From an uncultured virus (IMG/VR IMGVR_UViG_3300024264_000021) (lineage: Duplodnaviria > Heunggongvirae > Uroviricota > Caudoviricetes), in the IMG/VR virus record IMGVR_UViG_3300024264_000021, positions 54,298 through 74,297 of that record: a stretch of 20,000 bases of DNA; one strand, written 5' to 3'. The first letter of the stretch is position 1. Every line of letters begins with the position of its first letter. Below, piece by piece: positions 6,980-15,179 of the stretch. A program made the position numbers and the translations under genes. The notes beneath the pieces are model-generated. The model was given only the letters and a program-made list of their open reading frames with translations, had not been told where the DNA came from and searched no databases.

Positions 6980-8561
6980 AGATGAACTAATTGAAATTGA
7001 AAAAAGATTAAATAGAAAACCGAATCATACAGAAGAATCCGTTTTTGATGCAATGTGGAGTGAACATTGCAGTTATAAAACAAGCAAGCCTCATTTACGT
7101 AGATTATACACAGATAACAAATATGTTTTTTCAAGTCCTGGTGAAAACGCTGGAGTAATTAGTATTGGTGGCACTGATAAAGTCGCATTTAAAATGGAGT
7201 CACATAATCACCCAAGTTATATTGAACCATTTCAAGGTGCAGCAACCGGAGTTGGTGGTATTCTACGTGATATCTTTACAATGGGATTTAGACCTATTGC
7301 ACTTACCAATAATTTATTTTTCGGAGACCCTGCATTTTCTGATGATAGTAAACGTGTTATGGATGGAGTGATTGCAGGATTAACACACTATGGAAATTGT
7401 GTAGGTGTACCCACTGTCAGTAGTAAAATAAAGTTTAATGAAAGATATGAAAAAAATCCACTAGTAAATGCAATGGCAATTGGTCATACTAGAGAACGTA
7501 TTATAAAAAGTGTAGCCAAAAATCCGGGAAGATTATTATATGTCGGTGCTAAGACAGGAAGAGATGGTATTGGCGGAGCAGTAATGGCAAGTGATAGTTT
7601 CACAGATGGTGTAGATTTACGCCCTACTGTACAAGTGGGAGATCCATATCTAGAAAAGTTGTTAATAGAAGCCTGTCTTGAACTAGCAAAAACAGAACAT
7701 GTGATTGCCGCACAAGATATGGGAGCAGCAGGACTTACCAGTTCTTCTACTGAAATAGGTATAAAAGGAGGCTCTGCATTATTTAAAGGAACATGTGGTA
7801 TAGAATTAAATCTAGATAAAGTTCCGTTAAGAGAAACAGGTATGGAAGCTTGGGAGATTTTACTCAGTGAATCTCAGGAAAGAATGTTGTTTGTTTTGCA
7901 CGATCGGGGAATAGAAGAAGCTAAAGCTATTTTTGATAAATGGGATTTGGATTGTGTAGAAATTGGTCATACAACAGAAGATGGAAATTTTACAGTGTAT
8001 AAGGATGGTAATGTTTGTTGTAATTTTCCGCTTAGTGCTTTAGAATATCCAGAAATGGAAAGACCCTGGAAACCAATATTTGAAAGAGAAGAAGCACAGG
8101 AGAATTATTTTTATAGTTCAGAATTAATTCATTCTCAATATGATAGTGAAGTTCAAGGTAATACAATAAAGGGTATTAGAGATGATGTAGCTATTGTCAG
8201 AATACCTAGAAAAGATGCCAGAGGTAAAGATAAACAAATTGCAATTTATACTGATAGCTTTCCATATCAGAGTTATATTAATCCAGACCAAGGAGCAGAG
8301 AATTGTATAGTTTCAGTTTATGATAAATTAGTTTCTATTGGTGCTAAACCTATAGCATTAACAAATTGTTTGAATTTCGGCAATCCTGAGAACCCTGAGA
8401 TTATGTTTGAGTTTAAAGAAACTATAGATGCAATGGCTAGAATCTGTGAGAAACTGGACTTTCCTGTTGTCAGCGGCAATGTGAGTTTCTATAATGAAAC
8501 ATCAGGACAAAATATATTACCTACTCCAGTATTTGGAGCAATTGGTTTAATGGAGGATTAA
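6969..8561 (+). CDS. purL: FGAM synthase small-type PurL (shortened, 530 aa)
   Basis: MWSEHCSYK, GENAGV, FKMESHNHPS.IEPFQGAATGVGGILRDI, TGRDGIGGA.MAS, VQVGDP, QDMGAAGL, LLSESQERM, TNCLNFGNP, VSGNVSFYNE, PTP. Confidence 0.97.
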   Translation: MLTKDELIEIEKRLNRKPNHTEESVFDAMWSEHCSYKTSKPHLRRLYTDNKYVFSSPGENAGVISIGGTDKVAFKMESHNHPSYIEPFQGAATGVGGILRDIFTMGFRPIALTNNLFFGDPAFSDDSKRVMDGVIAGLTHYGNCVGVPTVSSKIKFNERYEKNPLVNAMAIGHTRERIIKSVAKNPGRLLYVGAKTGRDGIGGAVMASDSFTDGVDLRPTVQVGDPYLEKLLIEACLELAKTEHVIAAQDMGAAGLTSSSTEIGIKGGSALFKGTCGIELNLDKVPLRETGMEAWEILLSESQERMLFVLHDRGIEEAKAIFDKWDLDCVEIGHTTEDGNFTVYKDGNVCCNFPLSALEYPEMERPWKPIFEREEAQENYFYSSELIHSQYDSEVQGNTIKGIRDDVAIVRIPRKDARGKDKQIAIYTDSFPYQSYINPDQGAENCIVSVYDKLVSIGAKPIALTNCLNFGNPENPEIMFEFKETIDAMARICEKLDFPVVSGNVSFYNETSGQNILPTPVFGAIGLMED

Positions 8562-9178
8562 TGTATAAGGTTGGAGTTGTTATATTTCCTGGTTCCAATT
8601 GTGAGCAAGAAACTATTAGATTTTTAAAGACTTATAAGGAATTCCAAGTATCTACAATTTGGCACAAAGAAAGTTCTGTTCCAAAATTAGATATGTATGT
8701 TTTACCAGGTGGATTTAGTTATGGAGATTATTTACGTGCCGGTATTCTTGCAAGTTTAAGTCCAGCAATGAATGATATTGAAAAATATGCCAATGATGGT
8801 AGAAAAGTTTTAGGAATATGTAATGGATTTCAGATTCTATGTGAGAGAAAGATATTAACCGGCACACTGAGAAAAAATAATACTTTAAAATTCATATGCA
8901 AAGAAGTTGAATTATATGATAATCATCTAAAAAACATTACTGTACCAATTGCACATGGAGACGGACAGTTTTATTGTAATAAAAATGATCATTTTAATTT
9001 TGAAGTAGCTTGGCGCTACAAACCACTCAATCCAAACGGAAGTCTACATGCTATAGCTGGCATATACAACAATAAAGGTAATGTTCTTGGATTAATGCCT
9101 CATCCAGAACGTGCTTTTGAAAGTCATCACAAAAGTAAAGATGGTTATATAATAATAGATAAATTCTTATTAAGGTAA
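8561..9178 (+). CDS. purQ: FGAM synthase glutaminase subunit PurQ
   Basis: FPGSNC, LPGGFSYGDYLR.G, GICNGFQIL (catalytic Cys), PIAHGDG, NPNGS, GLMPHPER (His-Glu of the triad). Confidence 0.97.
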   Translation: MYKVGVVIFPGSNCEQETIRFLKTYKEFQVSTIWHKESSVPKLDMYVLPGGFSYGDYLRAGILASLSPAMNDIEKYANDGRKVLGICNGFQILCERKILTGTLRKNNTLKFICKEVELYDNHLKNITVPIAHGDGQFYCNKNDHFNFEVAWRYKPLNPNGSLHAIAGIYNNKGNVLGLMPHPERAFESHHKSKDGYIIIDKFLLR

Positions 9179-9180
9179 TT

Positions 9181-10122
9181 ATGAATTATAAAGATGCTGG
9201 AGTTGATGTAAATTTGGCAAATAATCTTGTAGATAAAATAAAAACTTATTCAGACCAAATTGGTAAATTTTCAGCTACGTGTGTTCTTCCGCAATGGTCA
9301 AATGGTAGTCTTGTTATGAGTTGTGATGGGGTAGGTACAAAAGTATTACTTGCAAAATATGCTAAAGAAGTTTATCAACGTCCAATGAATTCAATTGGAG
9401 AAGATTGTGTAGCTATGGTAATGAATGATATTTTATGTGAAAATGCAGAACCTCTTTTTTTTATGGATTATTTTGCAACAGGTGAGTTAAATGAATCTTT
9501 TTATCTGGAAGTAATAGCAGGTATAGATAGTGCTTGTAAAAATATAAATGTAAAATTAGTAGGAGGTGAAACTGCTGAATTACCAGAAATGTTTAAAACA
9601 AATAAAAACTTTGATGTTTGTGGATTTGGAGTAGGTACAAAATTAGATGAAAATACAAAGAAAATTAAAAAGAATGATATTTTAATTGGACTTTATAGTA
9701 CCGGTCTTCATAGTAATGGTTTTAGTTTAATAAACAAATTACTAAAAGATGACTATAAAATTAAAATAACAGAAGAACTGTTAAATAATTTGTTAAAACC
9801 AACTAAAATATATAAAAATGATTTAGATGAATTTAGAAAAAAATTAGTAGATATTAAAGCAGTTGCTCACATTACTGGAGGTGGTTGGAATAATATTAAT
9901 AGAAGTATTTCATCTAAACATTCTATAAACTGGAAATCAGAATCAAAAATTTATTTTGCACATGAAGAATTGTTTAGTTGGTTACAAGAAAAAACATCAT
10001 TAACAAATGATGAAATGAGAAGCACATTTAATTGTGGTTTAGGAATGGTTTTAGTAGTTGATCCTAAAAATTTAAAATCTGTTAATTTAAATTATGAAGT
10101 TTTGGGTGTATTAGAAAGTTGA
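9181..10122 (+). CDS. purM: AIR synthetase
   Basis: YKDAGVD, DGVGTK, D.VAM..ND, EPLFF.DY, GGETAE.P, S.GLHSNGFSL, LL.PT.IY, AHITGGG, TFNCG.GM. Confidence 0.97.
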   Translation: MNYKDAGVDVNLANNLVDKIKTYSDQIGKFSATCVLPQWSNGSLVMSCDGVGTKVLLAKYAKEVYQRPMNSIGEDCVAMVMNDILCENAEPLFFMDYFATGELNESFYLEVIAGIDSACKNINVKLVGGETAELPEMFKTNKNFDVCGFGVGTKLDENTKKIKKNDILIGLYSTGLHSNGFSLINKLLKDDYKIKITEELLNNLLKPTKIYKNDLDEFRKKLVDIKAVAHITGGGWNNINRSISSKHSINWKSESKIYFAHEELFSWLQEKTSLTNDEMRSTFNCGLGMVLVVDPKNLKSVNLNYEVLGVLES

Positions 10123-10141
10123 TTATTAAAAGGAAAATATC

Positions 10142-10654
10142 ATGAAAGTTTATTTGTGTGGTTATCGTAGTTACTTGCATTTTTTTTATGATTGGCTTGT
10201 AGATGCAGAAGAAAGCGGAAAAATTAGTAAAAGAACTTATGATATTCTTTTTAGTATTAATGATAAATTGTGTACAGTTGTCAATTGGGTTTGGCAACGT
10301 ACACGTTTTGATTATGTAAAAATAGATGGAGATGATATATATAGTTTAGATTATAAACTTTCTCAGGTTATTCATCCAGCACTTGTTAAGTTAAGAAAGG
10401 ATAATGTATATTCTGTTCCATTTGTATCAAGTGATGATGTACCTGAAGAATTAAAATTAGAAGATGATTCTCCAGTTAATGACACTGATATAGAATTTTT
10501 AGAAAAAAGATGGCACTATGTTTTGGATGAAATGATTTATGCATTTGAAAAAGTGAAGGAAGATAACATTATATTATTAAGCACAGAAAAGAGAAAAAGA
10601 GTTGATAATGGACTTTTGTTGTTTGGTAAATACTATTGTAATTTATGGATTTAG
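10142..10654 (+). CDS. conserved T4-like phage hypothetical protein
   Basis: VKID..D..SLD..L...I.P.L, P.V...DVP, RW..VL.EMI.AF, NG..LFGKYY..LW, a pattern I recognise from large myophages. AAGGA RBS. Confidence 0.75.
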   Translation: MKVYLCGYRSYLHFFYDWLVDAEESGKISKRTYDILFSINDKLCTVVNWVWQRTRFDYVKIDGDDIYSLDYKLSQVIHPALVKLRKDNVYSVPFVSSDDVPEELKLEDDSPVNDTDIEFLEKRWHYVLDEMIYAFEKVKEDNIILLSTEKRKRVDNGLLLFGKYYCNLWI

Positions 10655-10681
10655 TGATAACAATAAATCAAACAAGGAGGT

Positions 10682-10789
10682 ATGACAACTGAAGGATTGG
10701 ATTCTGAAAAATATAAAGAAGAAAAAGAAAGTGCAGATAATTTTAATATAAAATATAATGTAGTCAGATATGTTTTACATCATCGCTAA
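10682..10789 (+). CDS. putative 35-aa peptide
   Basis: MTTEGLDSEKYKEEKESADNFNIKYNVVRYVLHHR fills the intergenic gap. AAGGAGGT directly abuts the ATG, so the SD spacing is atypical. Confidence 0.35.
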   Translation: MTTEGLDSEKYKEEKESADNFNIKYNVVRYVLHHR

Positions 10790-10798
10790 GAGGTAAAA

Positions 10799-11152
10799 TT
10801 GATTATTGGAGATAAAGATTTTACAATTTCTATTACAGAAAAAGCAAAAAATATATTTTATGAAGCAGATGAAAAATTTATAAGAGTTGGAGCAAATCCA
10901 GGAGGATGTTCGGGATGGAGATGGACACTTGAATCAACTAATGACCTCAAACTCAATGATGTTACATTTGAAGGTGGTAGAATAATCATTGATAAAGAAC
11001 TATTGACAAACGTTATAGGTTCTATTACTATAGATTATAAGGATGATAATTTAATTGAACAAGGGTTTGTTTTTTTAACTAATTCAGGACAATGTGGTTG
11101 TGGAGAATCTTTTCAACCGTTAAATTCTAATTTTAAATTAGGAATTGAATAA
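10799..11152 (+). CDS. iscA: A-type Fe-S carrier (IscA/HesB/ErpA family)
   Basis: IT..A, GGCSG, GS.TIDY.....GF.F, CGCGESF, giving all three conserved Cys. GAGG RBS with a TTG start. Confidence 0.9.
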   Translation: MIIGDKDFTISITEKAKNIFYEADEKFIRVGANPGGCSGWRWTLESTNDLKLNDVTFEGGRIIIDKELLTNVIGSITIDYKDDNLIEQGFVFLTNSGQCGCGESFQPLNSNFKLGIE

Positions 11153-11153
11153 T

Positions 11154-11531
11154 ATGTCATACAGCAAAGAAGTCTTGGACCATTATAATGACCCAAAAAA
11201 TGTAGGAAGTTTTTCTAAAGATGATGAAAATATTGGTACAGGATTAGTAGGCGCACCTGAATGTGGTGATGTAATGAAACTACAAATCAAAGTAGAAAAC
11301 GATAGAATAGTTGACGCTAAATTTAAAACATTTGGTTGTGGAAGTGCAATTGCTAGTTCCAGTTTAGCAACTGAATGGGTAAAAGGAAAAACAATAGATG
11401 AGGCACTTGAAATAAAAAATACTGAAATAGTTGAAGAACTCTCTCTACCTCCCGTTAAAATTCATTGTTCTGTTTTAGCAGAAGATGCTATTAAAGCCGC
11501 AATCAAAAATTATCGTGAAAGAGCCGTATGA
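11154..11531 (+). CDS. iscU: Fe-S cluster scaffold IscU
   Basis: YS..VLDHY..P.NVG, GAP.CGDVMKLQI, FKTFGCGSAIASSS, LSLPPVKIHCSVLAEDAIKAA (contains the LPPVK chaperone-binding motif). ATG 11154 with AGGA RBS. Confidence 0.97.
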   Translation: MSYSKEVLDHYNDPKNVGSFSKDDENIGTGLVGAPECGDVMKLQIKVENDRIVDAKFKTFGCGSAIASSSLATEWVKGKTIDEALEIKNTEIVEELSLPPVKIHCSVLAEDAIKAAIKNYRERAV

Positions 11532-11869
11532 TTATATACGTAGACATAGATGGAACCATTTGTGAAGAAGTTAAAATGGCAGATGGTTCCAAAGACTATC
11601 CGAATCATAAGCCAATATATGAACGGATTATGTATTTAAATTCTTTATATGATGAAGGTCATGAGATACATTATTGGACTGCAAGAGGAGCCAGAAGTGG
11701 TATAGACTGGACTGAATTGACAAATAAACAAATAAAAGAATGGGGATGTAAGCACACAAGTGTAACTGTTGGAGGAAAACCACACTTTGATATATATGTT
11801 TGTGACAAAAGTTTTAATGCCGATGCATGGTTTACACATCAAAAATTACATAAAAAATTAAAAAAATAA
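11528..11869 (+). CDS. small HAD-superfamily phosphatase-like protein
   Basis: Motif I YVDIDGT, motif II WTARG, and GKP..D.Y..DK. Confidence 0.85.
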   Translation: MIIYVDIDGTICEEVKMADGSKDYPNHKPIYERIMYLNSLYDEGHEIHYWTARGARSGIDWTELTNKQIKEWGCKHTSVTVGGKPHFDIYVCDKSFNADAWFTHQKLHKKLKK

Positions 11870-11870
11870 C

Positions 11871-11898
11871 TTGACATTTCTTTCAAGTCTGATATACT
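11871..11898 (+). promoter_or_regulatory. sigma70-type early promoter TTGACA-N16-TATACT (extended -10)
   Basis: Direct match, with an A-tract upstream and GAGG RBS plus ATG 11943 downstream. Confidence 0.75.
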
Positions 11899-11942
11899 TA
11901 TTTCTATAGTTTGATTGACCCAACTCAAACCTTAGAGGTATC

Positions 11943-12308
11943 ATGGAAAATTTTGAAAATGCAATTGCCATTTATCTTCAAGCAATCATAGCAGACTATA
12001 AAGTATTTTCATCATGGGGAAGGAACCTGAGAGCAACCAGAACAGAAGCAGAAATCAGAAGTCAGATGATTGAAAAGTTTGAGAAAGGTATTGATATTAC
12101 ATATGGTAAGAAATATGCCAAAGTGACTACAACTATTGGTAATGGTCAAGAAACTGTTCATTCTTTTGTTGTATTGGAAGACGGTACTAAATTCAAAAGA
12201 GGTGACATTCTGATGGCAGCAAGTTGGGCAAGTCCTGCAAAAAATAAGGCAAGAGGAAATATTTTTGGTGAGTACAAAACAAAATGGACAGGTGCAGAGT
12301 ACCTTTAA
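11943..12308 (+). CDS. conserved phage early hypothetical protein
   Basis: G.KY.KV, VHSFV, GDILMAASW.SPAK..ARGNI pattern typical of T4-like early genes. Confidence 0.8.
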   Translation: MENFENAIAIYLQAIIADYKVFSSWGRNLRATRTEAEIRSQMIEKFEKGIDITYGKKYAKVTTTIGNGQETVHSFVVLEDGTKFKRGDILMAASWASPAKNKARGNIFGEYKTKWTGAEYL

Positions 12309-12337
12309 TTTATTAACATAATTAATGAGATTATATA

Positions 12338-12508
12338 ATGTCAAACAAATCAAAAGCCGGTTCTAGTCAACATAATGCAGAATTAAAAGCCGGGCAAGTT
12401 AAGTTTTTAGAAACAGGCGGTGCTACTGAAAATATCAGACAATCATCTTCAATATGTTTTCGCAGAATTGAAATTATTGATGGTAAAAAATATAGAGTTT
12501 TTTCATGA
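12338..12508 (+). CDS. hypothetical protein (56 aa)
   Basis: Manual translation MSNKSKAGSSQHNAELKAGQVKFLETGG...IEIIDGKKYRVFS. Fills the gap, with ATGA overlap to 12505. Confidence 0.6.
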   Translation: MSNKSKAGSSQHNAELKAGQVKFLETGGATENIRQSSSICFRRIEIIDGKKYRVFS

Positions 12509-12900
12509 AAGAATTAGTGGATCATCCAGAGCATTACAATTCTCATCCTTCTGGTGTGGAAGCAATTGTTATTGTTGAGAACATGTCATTTGGATTGGGT
12601 AATGCATTTAAGTATGTATATAGACACAAATATAAGAATGGTGTAGAAGATTTAAAAAAAGCTATCTGGTATTTGAAACGTGAAATAGATAATCCGATTT
12701 ATGATCATAGACACCCGGATTATAGATATTTTGGAGTGTATGATGCATTTCTTGAAATATTAAAACATGAAGAGGATGATACAGTAAGACAAGTACTTGA
12801 TTATATATATTACTATTCTTATACAAATAAAAATTCTAAAGAATTAGAAAAGGCTATTGATTTAATCAATCTTTTAATTTTAAAATATAATAAAATATAG
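12505..12900 (+). CDS. DUF3310 (SaV-like) domain protein
   Basis: VDHP.HY, G.EAI, F.LGNA.KY..R...K.G.EDLKKA.WYL.REI. Confidence 0.88.
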   Translation: MKELVDHPEHYNSHPSGVEAIVIVENMSFGLGNAFKYVYRHKYKNGVEDLKKAIWYLKREIDNPIYDHRHPDYRYFGVYDAFLEILKHEEDDTVRQVLDYIYYYSYTNKNSKELEKAIDLINLLILKYNKI

Positions 12901-12944
12901 AACATTATATGCTAAATTATATAATTAATATTATGGAGTTTAAT

Positions 12945-13079
12945 ATGAGGACTTTGTTTGTTGTTTTTGCTATTTCTTTATTTGCGGCATCTTGCACACA
13001 TAATCATTTTTGCTGGCCTGGCAATTATGAAAATGGTATGATGAAAAATACCCTATCATGTGAACGTATTAATCATTAA
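12945..13079 (+). CDS. small putative lipoprotein (44 aa)
   Basis: Manual translation MRTLFVVFAISLFAASCTHNHFCWPGNYENGMMKNTLSCERINH. GGAG RBS and a signal peptide II with lipobox-like AAS-C. Confidence 0.7.
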   Translation: MRTLFVVFAISLFAASCTHNHFCWPGNYENGMMKNTLSCERINH

Positions 13080-13080
13080 T

Positions 13081-13608
13081 ATGAAAAACGAATATACTCA
13101 CCTAAAAACAATTAAAAAAGTTATAGAACAGCATGAATATGATTATAAGTCTTTATATATTCTTATGATTAATGATGTTGTCAATAAAGTTGATTTTAGG
13201 AGTATGAGTGAGTATATGCGTATCCTTGAATTAAAATGGAATAATGTTACACCTCCGCAAAGATTGATTAAATCAACATGTTACCACTTATTAATAGATT
13301 CTGCTACAAAATTAATAAACAATAAATTAGATAAAATATTTTGTAATCATGAACATCTTAATGTTGAAATATACAGTATTAATTATCATGATAAAAACTT
13401 AGCAGGAAATATTAATGTATATTTTAATTTAGAAAGAAAGGAAAATTTACTGAGGGATTATTTTTCATTAGTAGATTTTGAAAATGCTTATTTGTCTACA
13501 GATGAAAAAATAGAAATTTTAAATAATAGATTATCAGCAGTAGAAGATAAGCTTGAATTAGAACGTATAAGAAAAAAAATAGATAGTCATCCTGACACTT
13601 CTGAATGA
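13081..13608 (+). CDS. hypothetical protein with C-terminal coiled coil
   Basis: Long ORF. ATG 13081 follows the lipoprotein stop, so it is preferred over the track's GTG 13060. Confidence 0.65.
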   Translation: MKNEYTHLKTIKKVIEQHEYDYKSLYILMINDVVNKVDFRSMSEYMRILELKWNNVTPPQRLIKSTCYHLLIDSATKLINNKLDKIFCNHEHLNVEIYSINYHDKNLAGNINVYFNLERKENLLRDYFSLVDFENAYLSTDEKIEILNNRLSAVEDKLELERIRKKIDSHPDTSE

Positions 13609-13641
13609 ACGGATTTTTACAGAAATAATCCGATTTTCCCC

Positions 13642-13669
13642 TTGACATTTCTCCCGCATCTGCTATGAT
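13642..13669 (+). promoter_or_regulatory. sigma70-type early promoter TTGACA-N16-TATGAT (extended -10 TGc)
   Basis: Direct match, with AAGGAG RBS and ATG 13713 downstream. Confidence 0.75.
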
Positions 13670-13712
13670 CTGATCATTGAGTGAGTGATTCCTAATCCAA
13701 AAGGAGAACGTT

Positions 13713-13976
13713 ATGATGATTCGCAAAATCTCTCAAGACCAACATCAGCAGATGCAAGCACTCAAAGAAAAGTATGACCAATCTCATGGTTCACCATTTG
13801 ATGTTGGTACATGTGATAGCTACTACTACCGACCAGAATCCCCAAATTATTGGGAAGGCGGCTCCAAAATCAGAGGAACTCAAATCTTTGAAGCAGATAT
13901 GACCCCAGAGCAAATTGAAGCATACCATGCTGGTTATGCATACAATGAGTGGATGGGAGATAAAAAAGAATGGTAG
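13713..13976 (+). CDS. conserved phage early hypothetical protein
   Basis: HG.PFD.G..DSYY.R...P, MT.EQI.AY.AGY..NE..GDKK.W pattern. Strong RBS. Confidence 0.8.
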   Translation: MMIRKISQDQHQQMQALKEKYDQSHGSPFDVGTCDSYYYRPESPNYWEGGSKIRGTQIFEADMTPEQIEAYHAGYAYNEWMGDKKEW

Positions 13977-13988
13977 TCATTTTTTTAC

Positions 13989-14017
13989 TTGACATTTTGA
14001 TTATCCTAGTGTATACT
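13989..14017 (+). promoter_or_regulatory. sigma70-type early promoter TTGACA-N17-TATACT
   Basis: Direct match, with AAGGAG RBS and ATG 14061 downstream. Confidence 0.8.
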
Positions 14018-14060
14018 ATCTTCTGTTGATTGATTAAATAACTTCTCAAGGAGAATCGTC

Positions 14061-14483
14061 ATGGCAAACGTAAATCTTTCCCAAGTTCACAATGCACTTT
14101 CCCAAAAACTGAGTGGCAAGGAACTCTCCATTGCACAAGAAGTTGTCAACAAGATTGTTAAAAAGAATGGTGCGCTACGTGCCTCAAAGCCAAAAGGTGA
14201 GAGTGGTGTAGACTCTCTTGCTAAATATGTATGGCGCATGGTAGCGTTTGTTTGTTTGCCTGGCCAAAATGCATGTATGCCTGTTACAGCGGATTTTGAT
14301 TTGTATTCCTACATTGAATCAGAAAAGCCGCATCTCAAAGGCGTTGAAACTATTCGTTACGCAAGAATCAAGGACAACGATGAGAAAGTTCTTGCGCAAA
14401 CTATAGAAGATGCTGTTTGTCATGCAATCCCTAAAAACGAATGGAGAAACATCCGTGCTTGGGGAAGAGCATTGGGATACTAA
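14061..14483 (+). CDS. conserved phage early hypothetical protein
   Basis: G.LRASKP, YVWRMV.F, CMPVTA.F, W....W..ALG pattern. Strong RBS. Confidence 0.8.
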   Translation: MANVNLSQVHNALSQKLSGKELSIAQEVVNKIVKKNGALRASKPKGESGVDSLAKYVWRMVAFVCLPGQNACMPVTADFDLYSYIESEKPHLKGVETIRYARIKDNDEKVLAQTIEDAVCHAIPKNEWRNIRAWGRALGY

Positions 14484-14503
14484 TTCTAACAAACGGAGTT
14501 TTC

Positions 14504-14665
14504 ATGATATGGGGTGTAACGTTTTTACTCTCAGCACTTAAACTTATCGGGTTAATAACAGCACCCTGGGTTTTAATCTTTCTACCAATGATTTTGACAA
14601 GTTCATTCATAATCTTTGGTTTAGCTTACATTGGTTTCAATAAATTAGAGGAAGAAGAGGAATGA
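14504..14665 (+). CDS. small membrane protein
   Basis: GGAG RBS before ATG 14504. LKL.G.I...W..I..P motif with hydrophobic segments. Confidence 0.7.
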   Translation: MIWGVTFLLSALKLIGLITAPWVLIFLPMILTSSFIIFGLAYIGFNKLEEEEE

Positions 14666-14748
14666 AAGAATTTGATGTTATTGTGGCAATTACTGGATTT
14701 ATTTTATTCAACACTGTTTTTGCAATTAGTATCGCAGGTATGATTTGA
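14662..14748 (+). CDS. 28-aa single-TM peptide
   Basis: MKEFDVIVAITGFILFNTVFAISIAGMI, with ATGA overlap to the upstream gene. Confidence 0.5.
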   Translation: MKEFDVIVAITGFILFNTVFAISIAGMI

Positions 14749-14749
14749 T

Positions 14750-14851
14750 ATGAAAGATGGTAAAAATTTAGTACTCTGGTTATTTTTCATGATAGTAACT
14801 TTTACCGTATTAGCCATATTAGAAACAGTTCTTGAGGTTCCGGACATATGA
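14750..14851 (+). CDS. 33-aa single-TM peptide
   Basis: MKDGKNLVLWLFFMIVTFTVLAILETVLEVPDI. AGGT RBS, with ATGA overlap to ORF 14848. Confidence 0.55.
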   Translation: MKDGKNLVLWLFFMIVTFTVLAILETVLEVPDI

Positions 14852-15177
14852 ATGCGCAAATGATTTTGAGAGATGAACTAAACTTTCTTGAAAATTTATA
14901 TGAGCATAAAATAACTGATGATGTGTTGGATCAATTGTTTGGAACTAAACGGCTTATCAAAGTTTCTATGTTTATTGAAACTCTTAAAAATTATTTGTCA
15001 AAAGGCACGGCTTCTATTTCAAGAGGTAATGTAGCAATTTATGATGACCTGCATGTTGTGGAACATCCAAATGGTGACTTAATAGGATATGTTTATAAAA
15101 GACCTTCATCTGGTCAGAGTACAATTAAACGTTCTCCATCAGATGTATTCTTTGACTATTTTGATAATAGAGGATAA
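14848..15177 (+). CDS. hypothetical protein
   Basis: 109-aa ORF, GAGG RBS, operonic packing. Confidence 0.7.
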   Translation: MNAQMILRDELNFLENLYEHKITDDVLDQLFGTKRLIKVSMFIETLKNYLSKGTASISRGNVAIYDDLHVVEHPNGDLIGYVYKRPSSGQSTIKRSPSDVFFDYFDNRG

Positions 15178-15179
15178 TT

